Shown in pieces: positions 19,455 through 27,908 of a stretch of DNA of 64,000 nucleotides. The stretch's first letter is position 1. Each line of letters opens with the position of its first letter. Below the pieces are notes generated by a model. That model had not been told where the DNA came from. It saw only the letters and a program-made list of their open reading frames with translations, and ran no database searches. The translations under genes were made by a program, and so were the position numbers. The stretch comes from a virus: IMG/VR virus record IMGVR_UViG_3300025108_000028, positions 1-64,000 of that record, one strand, 5' to 3'.

Positions 19455-19869
19455 ATTTTTCTAAGTGTTTTAAAGTGTTATCATGAGCATCCATAACTTT
19501 TTTATCATTTGTAAAAAATCCATTTTCAATCATTGTACATGAATTGATGATGGTTGCATGGTTGCGTTTTAAAAATCTACCTATACTACTTTTAGTATGT
19601 CCTTCCTTGTGTGCCAAGTAAGACATTACCTGTACATATACAAGGTAATCTCTGAATCTAGTCCTATGCTGTAGATTTTTAACTCTACTAAATTTTGGTT
19701 CATTCTCATGTAGAGCTGCTAATGCACTGTCATGAAATATACCTAAAGGAATCCTTTTGTTTTTTTCTTGGGGGGTGTAAATATACAATTTTACTCCATA
19801 AGATGTATAAAAAGATTTTTTAAATTCAGCAATATCTTGCTTCTGGTTAAGTTCCTGGTTATTAGCCAT
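19360..19869 (-). CDS. DnaA domain IV-like helix-turn-helix protein
   Basis: SSIGRFLKRNHATIINSC resembles the DnaA C-terminal IG..F.RDHTTV.HA motif. Confidence 0.65.
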   Translation of the reverse strand: MANNQELNQKQDIAEFKKSFYTSYGVKLYIYTPQEKNKRIPLGIFHDSALAALHENEPKFSRVKNLQHRTRFRDYLVYVQVMSYLAHKEGHTKSSIGRFLKRNHATIINSCTMIENGFFTNDKKVMDAHDNTLKHLEKYVGTISEDNESKDNTKPSVDPIWNEARRIIT

Positions 19870-19891
19870 TTATATTAAAATTTAAGGTTAT

Positions 19892-19899
19892 CAAAGATA
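19892..19899 (-). promoter_or_regulatory. Bacteroidota -7 element (TATCTTTG)
   Basis: Intergenic, about 22 nt upstream of the ATG at 19869. Confidence 0.55.
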
Positions 19900-19906
19900 G
19901 TAAAAT

Positions 19907-20596
19907 TTACCATTCTATACAAGGTATATCTTGCTTTTCTAACTCTTGGTTTACTTTATTAAAGACATCATTACAATCCCATTCACCACCTCTGTATGCT
20001 GCTGAAGCTGGATGTGTAACTTTATAAATTTTTTGATTATTAAGCATTGTTTCCCATGCTTCTGCTTTCTTACCCATAAGTATTACAGGTATGTTTTTCT
20101 TATGTCTATTTATATTTTCAAATATATATCTTGAAAATGGTTTCCATAAATCATAATGTGAGCCAATAGAGTTTACTTCACATGTAAATGCTGTATTAAT
20201 AAGTAATACGCCTTGGTTAGCCCAACATCTTAAATCAGTGTGATCTGTACCAATTGCTTTGTTTATATATTGTAAAGACTTTTCTGCTTTACCTTTTCTG
20301 CTACAGCTAAAAGCTATACCATCCGCAACACCTAGCTGTGGATAAGGATCTTGACCTACTATTATACATTTAAGATCACTATAATTACATTCTTTAAAAC
20401 CATTAAAGATGTCTTTAAATCTAGGTGTAAATCTTCTTTCTGCATTTACTAAGCTTACTAGTCTTTCAACTATAAGATCAAAGTCAAGACCATTTATAAA
20501 AGGAGTAAGCATAGGTGCCCATCCTGAGTCTTGTAGTTTATCATTTGCTGAATCTCTTAATTCATTTATGTCAATGTTAATTGGTATTTGTTTCAT
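19907..20596 (-). CDS. ung: Uracil-DNA glycosylase (family 1)
   Basis: IVGQDPYP, ADGIAFS, WANQGVLLIN and HPAS motifs. Confidence 0.93.
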   Translation of the reverse strand: MKQIPINIDINELRDSANDKLQDSGWAPMLTPFINGLDFDLIVERLVSLVNAERRFTPRFKDIFNGFKECNYSDLKCIIVGQDPYPQLGVADGIAFSCSRKGKAEKSLQYINKAIGTDHTDLRCWANQGVLLINTAFTCEVNSIGSHYDLWKPFSRYIFENINRHKKNIPVILMGKKAEAWETMLNNQKIYKVTHPASAAYRGGEWDCNDVFNKVNQELEKQDIPCIEW

Positions 20597-20613
20597 AATT
20601 AGTTAATTATTTG

Positions 20614-20621
20614 TATCTTTG
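20614..20621 (+). promoter_or_regulatory. Bacteroidota -7 element (TATCTTTG) for the lone + strand gene
   Basis: 17 nt upstream of the ATG at 20639. Confidence 0.55.
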
Positions 20622-20638
20622 ATTAAAATCTATTTATT

Positions 20639-21055
20639 ATGTCTGAGAAAAAAACTATTATAAGCTACGATGTTACTAAAAACATGGACTGTCAAATAAA
20701 TCCAGCATTTATTAGCGGCTTACAGCAAATATACTATAGATATATTACTGAGTTTTATGATGATGTAGGAAATTTTGGTGAACTTATAAAAGACTTTAAC
20801 CTATTGGTTACTAATCCTAAAGAAGCTAAAGCTAAGAATAGAATTTTTACACCTGTTGAGAGTGATATTTATACACTATATTCCCTTATAACATTACTTA
20901 AAGGATTTGCTGTTGAACAAGGTTTAGAAAGAACTGAAGAAACTGCTGTAGATAAAGAAGCATTTAAAAATGCTGCTGATAAAGCTATGAAAGATAGTAG
21001 CAATCCTATAGAGATACTAAATAATCTTACTAAAAACTTAGGAGAGCTATCTTAA
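20639..21055 (+). CDS. Hypothetical protein, lone + strand gene
   Basis: 138 aa, fills the gap with no competing minus ORF, and has its own promoter element. Confidence 0.75.
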   Translation: MSEKKTIISYDVTKNMDCQINPAFISGLQQIYYRYITEFYDDVGNFGELIKDFNLLVTNPKEAKAKNRIFTPVESDIYTLYSLITLLKGFAVEQGLERTEETAVDKEAFKNAADKAMKDSSNPIEILNNLTKNLGELS

Positions 21056-21430
21056 TTGCATTCCATTAAAGTCACCTATCTCTATACATGACTGTATTGC
21101 TAAGTTCAACTCATCTTTATCACAGTCTGCAAAAGATTTACAATACTCTTGTTTGTCTCTTACAAAACATAGCCCTGCGGATCTTTTCACTTGTATTTTG
21201 GCTTCTTCAAAGGTGTAACCAATTTCTTGTGCTATTTCTCTAATCATTGCATGTACACGTGCTAATTGTGGGTTACTACCCTTATCACCACTCACACCTA
21301 CAAATATTTCTAATTTAGATCCTTCTTCAAGCTGCTCAAAGAACTTTCTATACTTAGTACCCATTGCTTTAATAGGGAAATGTAGTTGACCGTCTTTAAC
21401 TGATGCTTTTATGTATAAATTATCTTTCAT
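21047..21430 (-). CDS. NinB/Orf-like recombination accessory protein
   Basis: S..QLARVHAMIREIAQEIG...EE.K...K...KSFADCDKDEL. Confidence 0.55.
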   Translation of the reverse strand: MKDNLYIKASVKDGQLHFPIKAMGTKYRKFFEQLEEGSKLEIFVGVSGDKGSNPQLARVHAMIREIAQEIGYTFEEAKIQVKRSAGLCFVRDKQEYCKSFADCDKDELNLAIQSCIEIGDFNGMQLR

Positions 21431-21576
21431 AAAGATATTATATTGTATAAACCAGTAACTGCTACGCTAGATAAAAATATTACTATCATCCAAAAGCAAC
21501 CTTTATAAACTTTTTCCATTTGTTCAGGAGATCTTCCTTGATTGCTCCTGTACTGTCTAAATTTTTTTTGTTTCAT
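21427..21576 (-). CDS. Small membrane protein (49 aa, MKQKKFRQYRSNQGRSPEQ...)
   Basis: Not in the ORF track. ATGA-coupled to the next gene, with a C-terminal transmembrane helix. Confidence 0.55.
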   Translation of the reverse strand: MKQKKFRQYRSNQGRSPEQMEKVYKGCFWMIVIFLSSVAVTGLYNIISL

Positions 21577-21703
21577 TTTGTTTAATTTTTTTTAATGTTT
21601 CTAATAAAAGTATAGCAACATCCAGGTTCCTTTGTGAGGTCCCCGGATTTACTTCTACTTTATCTAATAAAGTTATAATATCCTCTACTAAATTAGCTTT
21701 CAT
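21557..21703 (-). CDS. Small hypothetical protein (48 aa, MKANLVEDIITLL...)
   Basis: Fills the gap and overlaps both neighbours. Confidence 0.45.
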   Translation of the reverse strand: MKANLVEDIITLLDKVEVNPGTSQRNLDVAILLLETLKKIKQNETKKI

Positions 21704-21938
21704 GATATTCTAATACTTTTTCTTCTATATCTTCTTCTAATAAATGTTGTACATCTACGGTAACTTGATTACCGTTAGTATCCGTGTTAGTATACCAAAC
21801 ATGCTTTATATCTGCCGTTGGCCCATAACCCGGTGTCCCTGGATCTCCATTAGAATCATACCATTGGTCTGGTTCTCCTGGATCATAAGTATATTCTACT
21901 TCTACTGTTTCTCCTGTGTTAGTTATAAATTCCATCAC
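21693..21938 (-). CDS. Acidic hypothetical protein
   Basis: Overlap-coupled ORF. Confidence 0.65.
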   Translation of the reverse strand: MMEFITNTGETVEVEYTYDPGEPDQWYDSNGDPGTPGYGPTADIKHVWYTNTDTNGNQVTVDVQHLLEEDIEEKVLEYHES

Positions 21939-22174
21939 AAAAATCTTAGTGCTCCTCCGTCAACATAAACAAACTCTTGTGCACACTCAGTACACTTGGC
22001 GTTTGATTCATTGCGTAACAAAGTTGGCATATTACAGTTAGGACAAGGAGTTTCTCCTTCTTCTATATATTCTTCAATTGCTTTTCTTGCGTAGCTATGT
22101 ATCATTGCATCATGTGCACCACGATACTCTAGCTCTTCTTGTTGCTCAATAAAGAGCTCTTTCATTCTTCCCAT
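21935..22174 (-). CDS. Zinc-ribbon protein
   Basis: CPNC...CTEC. Confidence 0.65.
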   Translation of the reverse strand: MGRMKELFIEQQEELEYRGAHDAMIHSYARKAIEEYIEEGETPCPNCNMPTLLRNESNAKCTECAQEFVYVDGGALRFL

Positions 22175-22176
22175 AA

Positions 22177-23298
22177 TTAATTTTTTAGTGGATTATAACG
22201 TTTTATTTTACTTGAGTCAAATGAACTAAGAGCTGACTCTACCCATTTCTCATCTTGTGTTCCTTTATAGCATAGTATATGGCATACAGCTGTCTCAGTT
22301 GGGTTAAGTCTTAATAACCTACCAATCCTTTGTGCTGTTTTCTTTTCATTACCATATGCATGCATAATAATACCTTGTTTTAGCTGAGGTATTGTAACAC
22401 CTTCTGATAACTGTAACACACAGGATAACTTATTTATACGTCCATCTGAAAAGTATTCTAAGTTATCTGCTGATTTATTATTTCCTGAATGATAGCTGTA
22501 CTTACAAACACGGTCTGCTTGATCTTGTGTGTTTGCAAATATTATACATTTATCATCTATATTATTAACCATAGACTTAACATATGCTTCTTTAGTAGTA
22601 TATTCCATAAGTGCACGCATTCTCATAATATAAGCCCATTGCTGTTGCTTAGGAGTTTGTGCTTCTGCTACTCTACGAGTAACATAAGTATAGTCTTTAA
22701 TTTCACTTGTGTACCAGTGTCCACCATTTTTGTTTTTCTTCTTAAGTGATGGTACACCTGATAATTGTAAATCATGTATAACTATTCTATAATCATTTAA
22801 TATGTTTGAGTCAGTAGCATCATCAACTTTAAATGTATATTTTATAGGACAGTATTTTTGTACAAGCTTTCCCTTCTCTGATTGTTTATCTCTTGGCGGT
22901 GTGCCTGTCAAACCTAATATCTTACCTGTATAAGGGCCTAAAAACAATTCATGAGAGTGTTTTAATGAATGACACTCATCTAAATACACTATGTCATAAT
23001 TATTAGGATCTTTCTTTTTAAGAGATATATAAGTTGTAAAAGTAATATGCTGAAGTAGGGACTCTAATCCCATTTTGCCTAGTTCATCAATCCAAGACTG
23101 AGTAACTGAATGCTTTGGTACTACTACCAAGACTTGTATAAATTGATTAAAGTTCATCTGCAGGTGCTGTATAGCAATTCTTGTTTTGCCTACACCCATA
23201 GATATACCTAAACCACATCTTTTATGTTGTGCTGCAATTGCTAGTGCGTCACTCTGTACTACATCTCTGGAAAGATTAGCTGAAGGATTGTATGCCAT
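22177..23298 (-). CDS. Superfamily 2 (DExH, ResIII-like) helicase
   Basis: SMGVGKT, DECH, GLTGTP, LSEGV and QRIGRLLR. ATG at 23298 preferred to the ORF-track start at 23331. Confidence 0.88.
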   Translation of the reverse strand: MAYNPSANLSRDVVQSDALAIAAQHKRCGLGISMGVGKTRIAIQHLQMNFNQFIQVLVVVPKHSVTQSWIDELGKMGLESLLQHITFTTYISLKKKDPNNYDIVYLDECHSLKHSHELFLGPYTGKILGLTGTPPRDKQSEKGKLVQKYCPIKYTFKVDDATDSNILNDYRIVIHDLQLSGVPSLKKKNKNGGHWYTSEIKDYTYVTRRVAEAQTPKQQQWAYIMRMRALMEYTTKEAYVKSMVNNIDDKCIIFANTQDQADRVCKYSYHSGNNKSADNLEYFSDGRINKLSCVLQLSEGVTIPQLKQGIIMHAYGNEKKTAQRIGRLLRLNPTETAVCHILCYKGTQDEKWVESALSSFDSSKIKRYNPLKN

Positions 23299-23372
23299 AA
23301 TATTATTGTTATTGTTAAGATTATTGTCCAAACTAATGTTTTTATTAGTCTATCTTTTTGATATTGTTTCAT
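23259..23372 (-). CDS. Putative 37-aa membrane peptide (MKQYQKDRLIKTLVWTIILTITIILW...)
   Basis: ATG overlaps the TGA of the upstream ORF; hydrophobic helix. Confidence 0.4.
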   Translation of the reverse strand: MKQYQKDRLIKTLVWTIILTITIILWHTILQLIFPEM

Positions 23373-23584
23373 TTCTCTTTGGTGTTAAAGGTTTTGTAGA
23401 AATCTTCAAATGTTCCGTCTCCGTCACATTCATACATACCATCTTGCCAAGCAGACTCCATCACCTCTTTCTCTTTCTCAAGCATTGCTTCGGCTGCCTC
23501 AATACACGGAGCAACCTCGTAAGAGTCTCCGTACTTGGCTATTTCCCACATTTGGTCAATCAACTCCTGCATTGGTGTTTTCAT
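23369..23584 (-). CDS. Small hypothetical protein ending in TFNTKEK
   Basis: Flanked by 24-bp imperfect direct repeats that supply its stop and start. Confidence 0.7.
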   Translation of the reverse strand: MKTPMQELIDQMWEIAKYGDSYEVAPCIEAAEAMLEKEKEVMESAWQDGMYECDGDGTFEDFYKTFNTKEK

Positions 23585-23673
23585 TTCTCTTTTGTTTTAA
23601 AGGTTTCGTAAGGTTTTACTCTTACTTTATATAGTCTATTGTAAGGTTATACTCTTACTTTGGTTTTAAAGGT
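23369..23673 (-). repeat. Three copies of ACCTTTAA(C/A)AC(C/A)AAAG, plus a 21-bp tandem pair
   Basis: Copies at 23369-23392, 23581-23604 and 23658-23673. GTAAGGTT(T/A)TACTCTTACTTT occurs at 23608-23628 and 23641-23661. Confidence 0.75.
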
Positions 23674-23746
23674 GGACCCTACAGGACTTGAACCTGTGAC
23701 CTATCCGTTATGAGCGGAGTGCTCTGACCAACTGAGCTAAGAGTCC
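23671..23746 (-). tRNA. tRNA with CAU anticodon, most likely Ile2 (lysidine-modified, reads AUA)
   Basis: GGACTCT-TAGCTCAGTTGGTCAGAGC...CT-CAT-AA...GGTTCAAGTCC...AGGGTCC-A-CC. Has C4:G69, lacks initiator features, and resembles the B. subtilis Ile2 sequence as I recall it. Elongator Met is not excluded. Confidence 0.85.
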
Positions 23747-23835
23747 TGGTAGCCGGAGTGGGACTTGAACCCACACGAACTATCCAGTTCAACAGATTTT
23801 AAGTCTGTCATGTCTACCAATTCCATCATCCGGCC
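23747..23835 (-). tRNA. tRNA-Leu(UAA)
   Basis: GGCCGGA/TCCGGCT acceptor stem, ACAGA-CT-TAA-AA-TCTGT anticodon arm, long variable arm, encoded CCA. Confidence 0.9.
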
Positions 23836-23912
23836 TGGTGATCCCACTAGGATTTGAACCTAGAACCTACAGCTTAGAAGGCTGTTGCTCTATCCAGTTG
23901 AGCTATAGGACC
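23836..23912 (-). tRNA. tRNA-Arg(UCU)
   Basis: GGTCCTA/TGGGATC acceptor stem, ACAGC-CT-TCT-AA-GCTGT anticodon arm, GGTTCAAATCC, encoded CCA. Confidence 0.92.
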
Positions 23913-23918
23913 ATAAAG

Positions 23919-24188
23919 TTATGTTCTAGAGCCTGAAAATCCTAATTCATAAGATTCTTCTGGGTGTTCTTCTATCCACATGTGACAGTTTCTGCAAACT
24001 GGTAACCATGTAGATGTATCTAAGTGATAAATACCACGACCATGCATATGATGGACATCAGTAGCTTGCACAGAACACTTATGGATCTTTGCATGACATA
24101 CTGGTTTGTCTGTTAAATACTGCCTACGCAATTTGCTGTAAGCAGTATTTAATTTAGACATTTTACTTGAGACTTTTTTGATGCTCAT
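23919..24188 (-). CDS. HNH/NinG-like zinc-binding nuclease
   Basis: C.....C...ATDVHH..GR........W..VCRNCH. Confidence 0.7.
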   Translation of the reverse strand: MSIKKVSSKMSKLNTAYSKLRRQYLTDKPVCHAKIHKCSVQATDVHHMHGRGIYHLDTSTWLPVCRNCHMWIEEHPEESYELGFSGSRT

Positions 24189-24703
24189 TTTTTTAGCTGT
24201 AAATAGTTTTTAGGAAGTAAACCTAAAGACATGAATTTTAATATAACATCCTCATATGTAATACCTAAGTCTTTGAAACTCATGGTATTAGTATAATCAT
24301 CTAAAATCTCATCAGCAGGTATACTTGCCATATACTGTGCTGTTGGTGAATGCTTGAATGTTTCACTAAGATAAGCATTTATACGCTTATTACAAATAGT
24401 TTGTTTCCATGCATTGATCTCTCTTTGGCTTCTTTTCCAAACTTTAGTTATTCTACGTTTCTTGTCCCAATGTAGCTTCTTAACTTCTTCAGGTTTATAA
24501 ACCTTGAGGCCATGAAGTACACGTTTAAACAAAAAATGTTGATACGGATTTAGTTTAGTATAACTTAAAGAGTTTACTATTGATTCAGGATGTAACTGGT
24601 ATTCTGTTAATATCCCATAGTATTGGTAGCGTTCCTCTCTCTTTGAGAGTAACTCACGTTGTTGTTGTTGTTTGAGTATATTTATTTGATCTTGAGATAG
24701 CAT
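24185..24703 (-). CDS. Hypothetical protein
   Basis: 172-aa ORF, ATGA-coupled. Confidence 0.7.
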   Translation of the reverse strand: MLSQDQINILKQQQQRELLSKREERYQYYGILTEYQLHPESIVNSLSYTKLNPYQHFLFKRVLHGLKVYKPEEVKKLHWDKKRRITKVWKRSQREINAWKQTICNKRINAYLSETFKHSPTAQYMASIPADEILDDYTNTMSFKDLGITYEDVILKFMSLGLLPKNYLQLKK

Positions 24704-24808
24704 AATGATTTAGTTGTTATTGATTAAGTAAAGTGATTAAAGTATTAAGCCTGCATAGAAATTAACTAAAATCTCTACACAGGCTCTCTACATATTTAGA
24801 AAACTATA

Positions 24809-25417
24809 TTATAGTTCAAAAGTCTCTTCTACGAGTTCTTCTGTTTCTTCACTTACTTCATCAGTAACTTCATCATTGCTTTCTTCTAAGTCATCAACAT
24901 CATCTACTGTAGAGTTATCAAAGCCTTCTGATTTAATATCAAATGCTTCTTCTACACTAGCTGCTGGTACACCTATACTGTTAGACTTAGTATTACTAGT
25001 TCCATTAGCATCTTTGATGTCTTCACCATTTGTATGAGCTAATAATACGTCTTGTGCTGTAGTATCAGCTACAAAAAACGTTTTCCTATAAATAGGTTGA
25101 CCATCAACACAACATATGATACCTGTATCACCTGCGTATTTATAATCTCTATCTGGATCATTACTATTGAATGGTTCCAATTGCTCTTTAATAATGATTT
25201 TACCTGCTAACTCACTGTTTGCTTTAAAATCTAATGATTGTAAGTCTTCTAACTTACCATGTAATAGAGTTGATACTTTAGATCTTTTGACCCAACCTCC
25301 ATTACCAAAGGTTACTCTGTCTTGTTGTAATCTGATGTACCCATACTCTGAGTTGTTGTTTGATTGACGGATAACATTGCCCATGTCATCAGCTAAGATA
25401 ATTACTTGCTTTTGCAT
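24809..25417 (-). CDS. Hypothetical protein with long acidic tail (possible second ssDNA-binding protein)
   Basis: Beta-rich N-terminal half and a D/E-rich tail ending TFEL. Confidence 0.55.
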   Translation of the reverse strand: MQKQVIILADDMGNVIRQSNNNSEYGYIRLQQDRVTFGNGGWVKRSKVSTLLHGKLEDLQSLDFKANSELAGKIIIKEQLEPFNSNDPDRDYKYAGDTGIICCVDGQPIYRKTFFVADTTAQDVLLAHTNGEDIKDANGTSNTKSNSIGVPAASVEEAFDIKSEGFDNSTVDDVDDLEESNDEVTDEVSEETEELVEETFEL

Positions 25418-25458
25418 TTTTTTGAAATTTAATAAATTAATAATTGTTTTGTTGATGA

Positions 25459-25728
25459 CTACACGTCATCTGAATGAAAATATGGATCATCTAGCTTTTC
25501 ATAAGCTTCCAGTTCATCTAATGCTTTCTCATACTCTTCTATGAACTCTGGTTCATCTTGTACGGAAGGCACTTGTTTACCTGAAAACCTATTATAAAAC
25601 GGATTGACCACTTCTTTGGTGTATGCTGAACTTAAACCATTAAGGTCCTGTACTTCTTCATCAGTTAATGAGAGGTATTGCTCTACTGAGCATTCAATTA
25701 TACGTCCATTGGGCAGTTGTACTATCAT
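25459..25728 (-). CDS. Acidic hypothetical protein
   Basis: ATG at 25728 (MIVQLPNG) lies just downstream of TATCTTTG at 25738-25745. Confidence 0.65.
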   Translation of the reverse strand: MIVQLPNGRIIECSVEQYLSLTDEEVQDLNGLSSAYTKEVVNPFYNRFSGKQVPSVQDEPEFIEEYEKALDELEAYEKLDDPYFHSDDV

Positions 25729-25827
25729 ATCTGTAAACAAAGATAAAAATATAACTAACCCTGGCTCACTAATTTTAAGGAATTAATGTCTAAGATCAAA
25801 AATAAATTGCATATATATAGCTATCAC

Positions 25828-26079
25828 TTATATGATAACCAACTTGCCCTTTACTCTTTTTATGTAATTGTGCTCTCTCAGCTCTTTTAATAGTTTAAAT
25901 ATGTACCTTTGGGATACATCTGCTGAGTCAGCTAATGTTGAAGCAGACGGATATGCTTCACGGTTTTTATCTGCATAGCACGCTATGAGACTATATAACC
26001 CTTTTGCTTGTATAGACAAACTTGGATCTGACAATACTTTGTATTTGACTATCCCAAACCTATCTGATTTCTTGGACAT
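25828..26079 (-). CDS. Winged helix-turn-helix protein (HTH_36-like)
   Basis: LSIQAKGLYSLI..YA......YPS..TLA....VSQR.I...LKEL....YI.R. Confidence 0.8.
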   Translation of the reverse strand: MSKKSDRFGIVKYKVLSDPSLSIQAKGLYSLIACYADKNREAYPSASTLADSADVSQRYIFKLLKELREHNYIKRVKGKLVII

Positions 26080-26272
26080 GGTCTTTTAAAAGCATTAGCA
26101 TGGCCATAGATTCACTTTCTTCTTTAGCAAGTTCATCACTGTTCATACCATACTTGTCATTCATATATCTCCCAAAGGATATATTCTTGCCATTAGCGTC
26201 TTTTAAAGCATTGTCTAATAGTTTCCAAGATGCTTGTTCACTATGTAATAAAGCCATTGATATTTTTGCCAT
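26060..26272 (-). CDS. Hypothetical protein
   Basis: Operon context. Confidence 0.6.
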   Translation of the reverse strand: MAKISMALLHSEQASWKLLDNALKDANGKNISFGRYMNDKYGMNSDELAKEESESMAMLMLLKDHVQEIR

Positions 26273-26274
26273 AA

Positions 26275-26832
26275 CTATTCTTTTATAGTATTATCTTCTG
26301 TTTGCTCTACATTCATAAATAAATCAGCTTGATGTATAGGCTCAGAATCTGTAGCCAATATATCAAAATATTTAATATCATCAACAGATACAGCTATTAA
26401 TTCTAATGGTGAACAAGAGTGCTCATACATTTCCAATTGCTTTTCTTTATTATGATACATAAATTCTATCTTAATGCTACTATAGAAAGGATTAAATGGT
26501 TCTGATCCCCATGAAGTATCACCTATAACTTTTGCATATACCATACCATGGCCTGCATAAAGACCCATATCTTGCAATATGTCTTCTTCATACTTGTCTG
26601 ATCTATGATAAGATGGTGGTATTAGTTTTACATAACCATTTAGTGTCACTGGTTTATATACTTCTTCTATAAGACTTAAGTGTACTATAGATTCTTTTGC
26701 AGTGTCATTAAGATTATCCATAAGGATCTTAAACATGTGTTCATAGTTCTGCGGTTCTTTTGATTTGATAGAGATAGCATTACTTAGAATGTTCTCCATC
26801 ACTTTTTCTGAAATTTTAAATTGATTTGCCAT
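26275..26832 (-). CDS. Hypothetical protein
   Basis: First gene after a 14-bp motif copy. Confidence 0.7.
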   Translation of the reverse strand: MANQFKISEKVMENILSNAISIKSKEPQNYEHMFKILMDNLNDTAKESIVHLSLIEEVYKPVTLNGYVKLIPPSYHRSDKYEEDILQDMGLYAGHGMVYAKVIGDTSWGSEPFNPFYSSIKIEFMYHNKEKQLEMYEHSCSPLELIAVSVDDIKYFDILATDSEPIHQADLFMNVEQTEDNTIKE

Positions 26833-26865
26833 TGTTTATTATTATTTTAAGGTTTGACGAATGAG

Positions 26866-26879
26866 AGGTAGGGAGCAGT
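26866..26879 (-). promoter_or_regulatory. 14-bp motif ACTGCTCCCTACCT
   Basis: Top strand AGGTAGGGAGCAGT, 33 nt upstream of the ATG at 26832. Confidence 0.55.
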
Positions 26880-27028
26880 GAGTATGATATGCAACAGCTA
26901 CATGATATAAATCACGTATATGCTGTTGCTATCAAGGGTCATCACTTACATAACCAATCTCAAGGCCTAACTATAGTAGTATATATTATATATAAATATC
27001 TACTGGTACTGTTTGTATGAACCGTGGT

Positions 27029-27358
27029 TCACTTTTTTTCTATACTAAACTCAAATGATACGAAAGGTATGAGTAATAACCATGATACTCTATGTTTTAT
27101 ATCTGGATCTACACCAAAGGCAAATCCAAATATAGGTATAAACTCTACCTTGACGTTAGGGAACATCTTTATCTTTGACATAAAGACGAGGTACATAACT
27201 GAGTTTGCTACAACAACTACACCTAGTAAGGTAATAGTTGTTAGCATAAATGTGTCTACATCATAATTTGTTACAAAATTATATGTACCTATTACGAATG
27301 CTAGTGGTAATACCACAACGTATAGGATTTTTACTAATGATCTGATGAATGATTTCAT
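27029..27358 (-). CDS. Membrane protein
   Basis: Two to three hydrophobic segments; probable start at 27358 (MKSFIRS). Confidence 0.65.
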   Translation of the reverse strand: MKSFIRSLVKILYVVVLPLAFVIGTYNFVTNYDVDTFMLTTITLLGVVVVANSVMYLVFMSKIKMFPNVKVEFIPIFGFAFGVDPDIKHRVSWLLLIPFVSFEFSIEKK

Positions 27359-27381
27359 AATTTGATTTATTAAGTGATTAA

Positions 27382-27552
27382 TTAACGACCCCATTTGGAT
27401 CTTTTGTGTTTCTTATTTGGTTTCCAGTAGTTTTTTTTGGCCCATGCTTTCTTTGATTTAGATGTCTTACATCCACGAGATGATCCACAAGACTGAAGTA
27501 CTGGTCCTCCTATAAATAGGAGTAACATTAAATAAAGGATTTTCTTTTTCAT
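27382..27552 (-). CDS. Small basic lipoprotein (56 aa)
   Basis: MKKKILYLMLLLFIGGPVLQSC-GSSRGC..., with lipobox LQSC. Not in the ORF track. Confidence 0.6.
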   Translation of the reverse strand: MKKKILYLMLLLFIGGPVLQSCGSSRGCKTSKSKKAWAKKNYWKPNKKHKRSKWGR

Positions 27553-27908
27553 AATTTTGCTATTGAAGATTGAACTGTTATTACTACGTATTGTTGACCA
27601 TTATTGATAAGTCTATTATCAAAGAGATAATATAAATCATCTCCTACATACTCTGGTTGTCCATTTGCTCCTGGTACATACCATGGTTTAACTATATATA
27701 CATAGTCATAGTCTGAAGATGTAGGTAACAATGGATAACATTGATTGGTAGGCCAAGCTACATTGTAGTCAACTAATTCTACTTCAGTATCATACTGATA
27801 AATTATGTTAGTACATTGTATTTGTTCTGGTTCAGTAATTTCTAATTCCTCTTTCTGACAAGAGGTGAATGCTAAGGTTAGGCATAAGCCTATGAATAAA
27901 TGTTTCAT
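27549..27908 (-). CDS. Lipoprotein with Bacteroidota-type surface export signal
   Basis: MKHLFIGLCLTLAFTSC-QKEE. Confidence 0.75.
   Translation of the reverse strand: MKHLFIGLCLTLAFTSCQKEELEITEPEQIQCTNIIYQYDTEVELVDYNVAWPTNQCYPLLPTSSDYDYVYIVKPWYVPGANGQPEYVGDDLYYLFDNRLINNGQQYVVITVQSSIAKL

Noticed and set aside
23581-23673. Mini-CRISPR array
   Set aside because: Only two 21-bp copies separated by 12 nt, with no cas genes or regular spacers.
23671-23690. Prophage attachment site at the tRNA 3' end
   Set aside because: Both flanks are phage genes in one continuous unit; no integrase or host DNA in the window.
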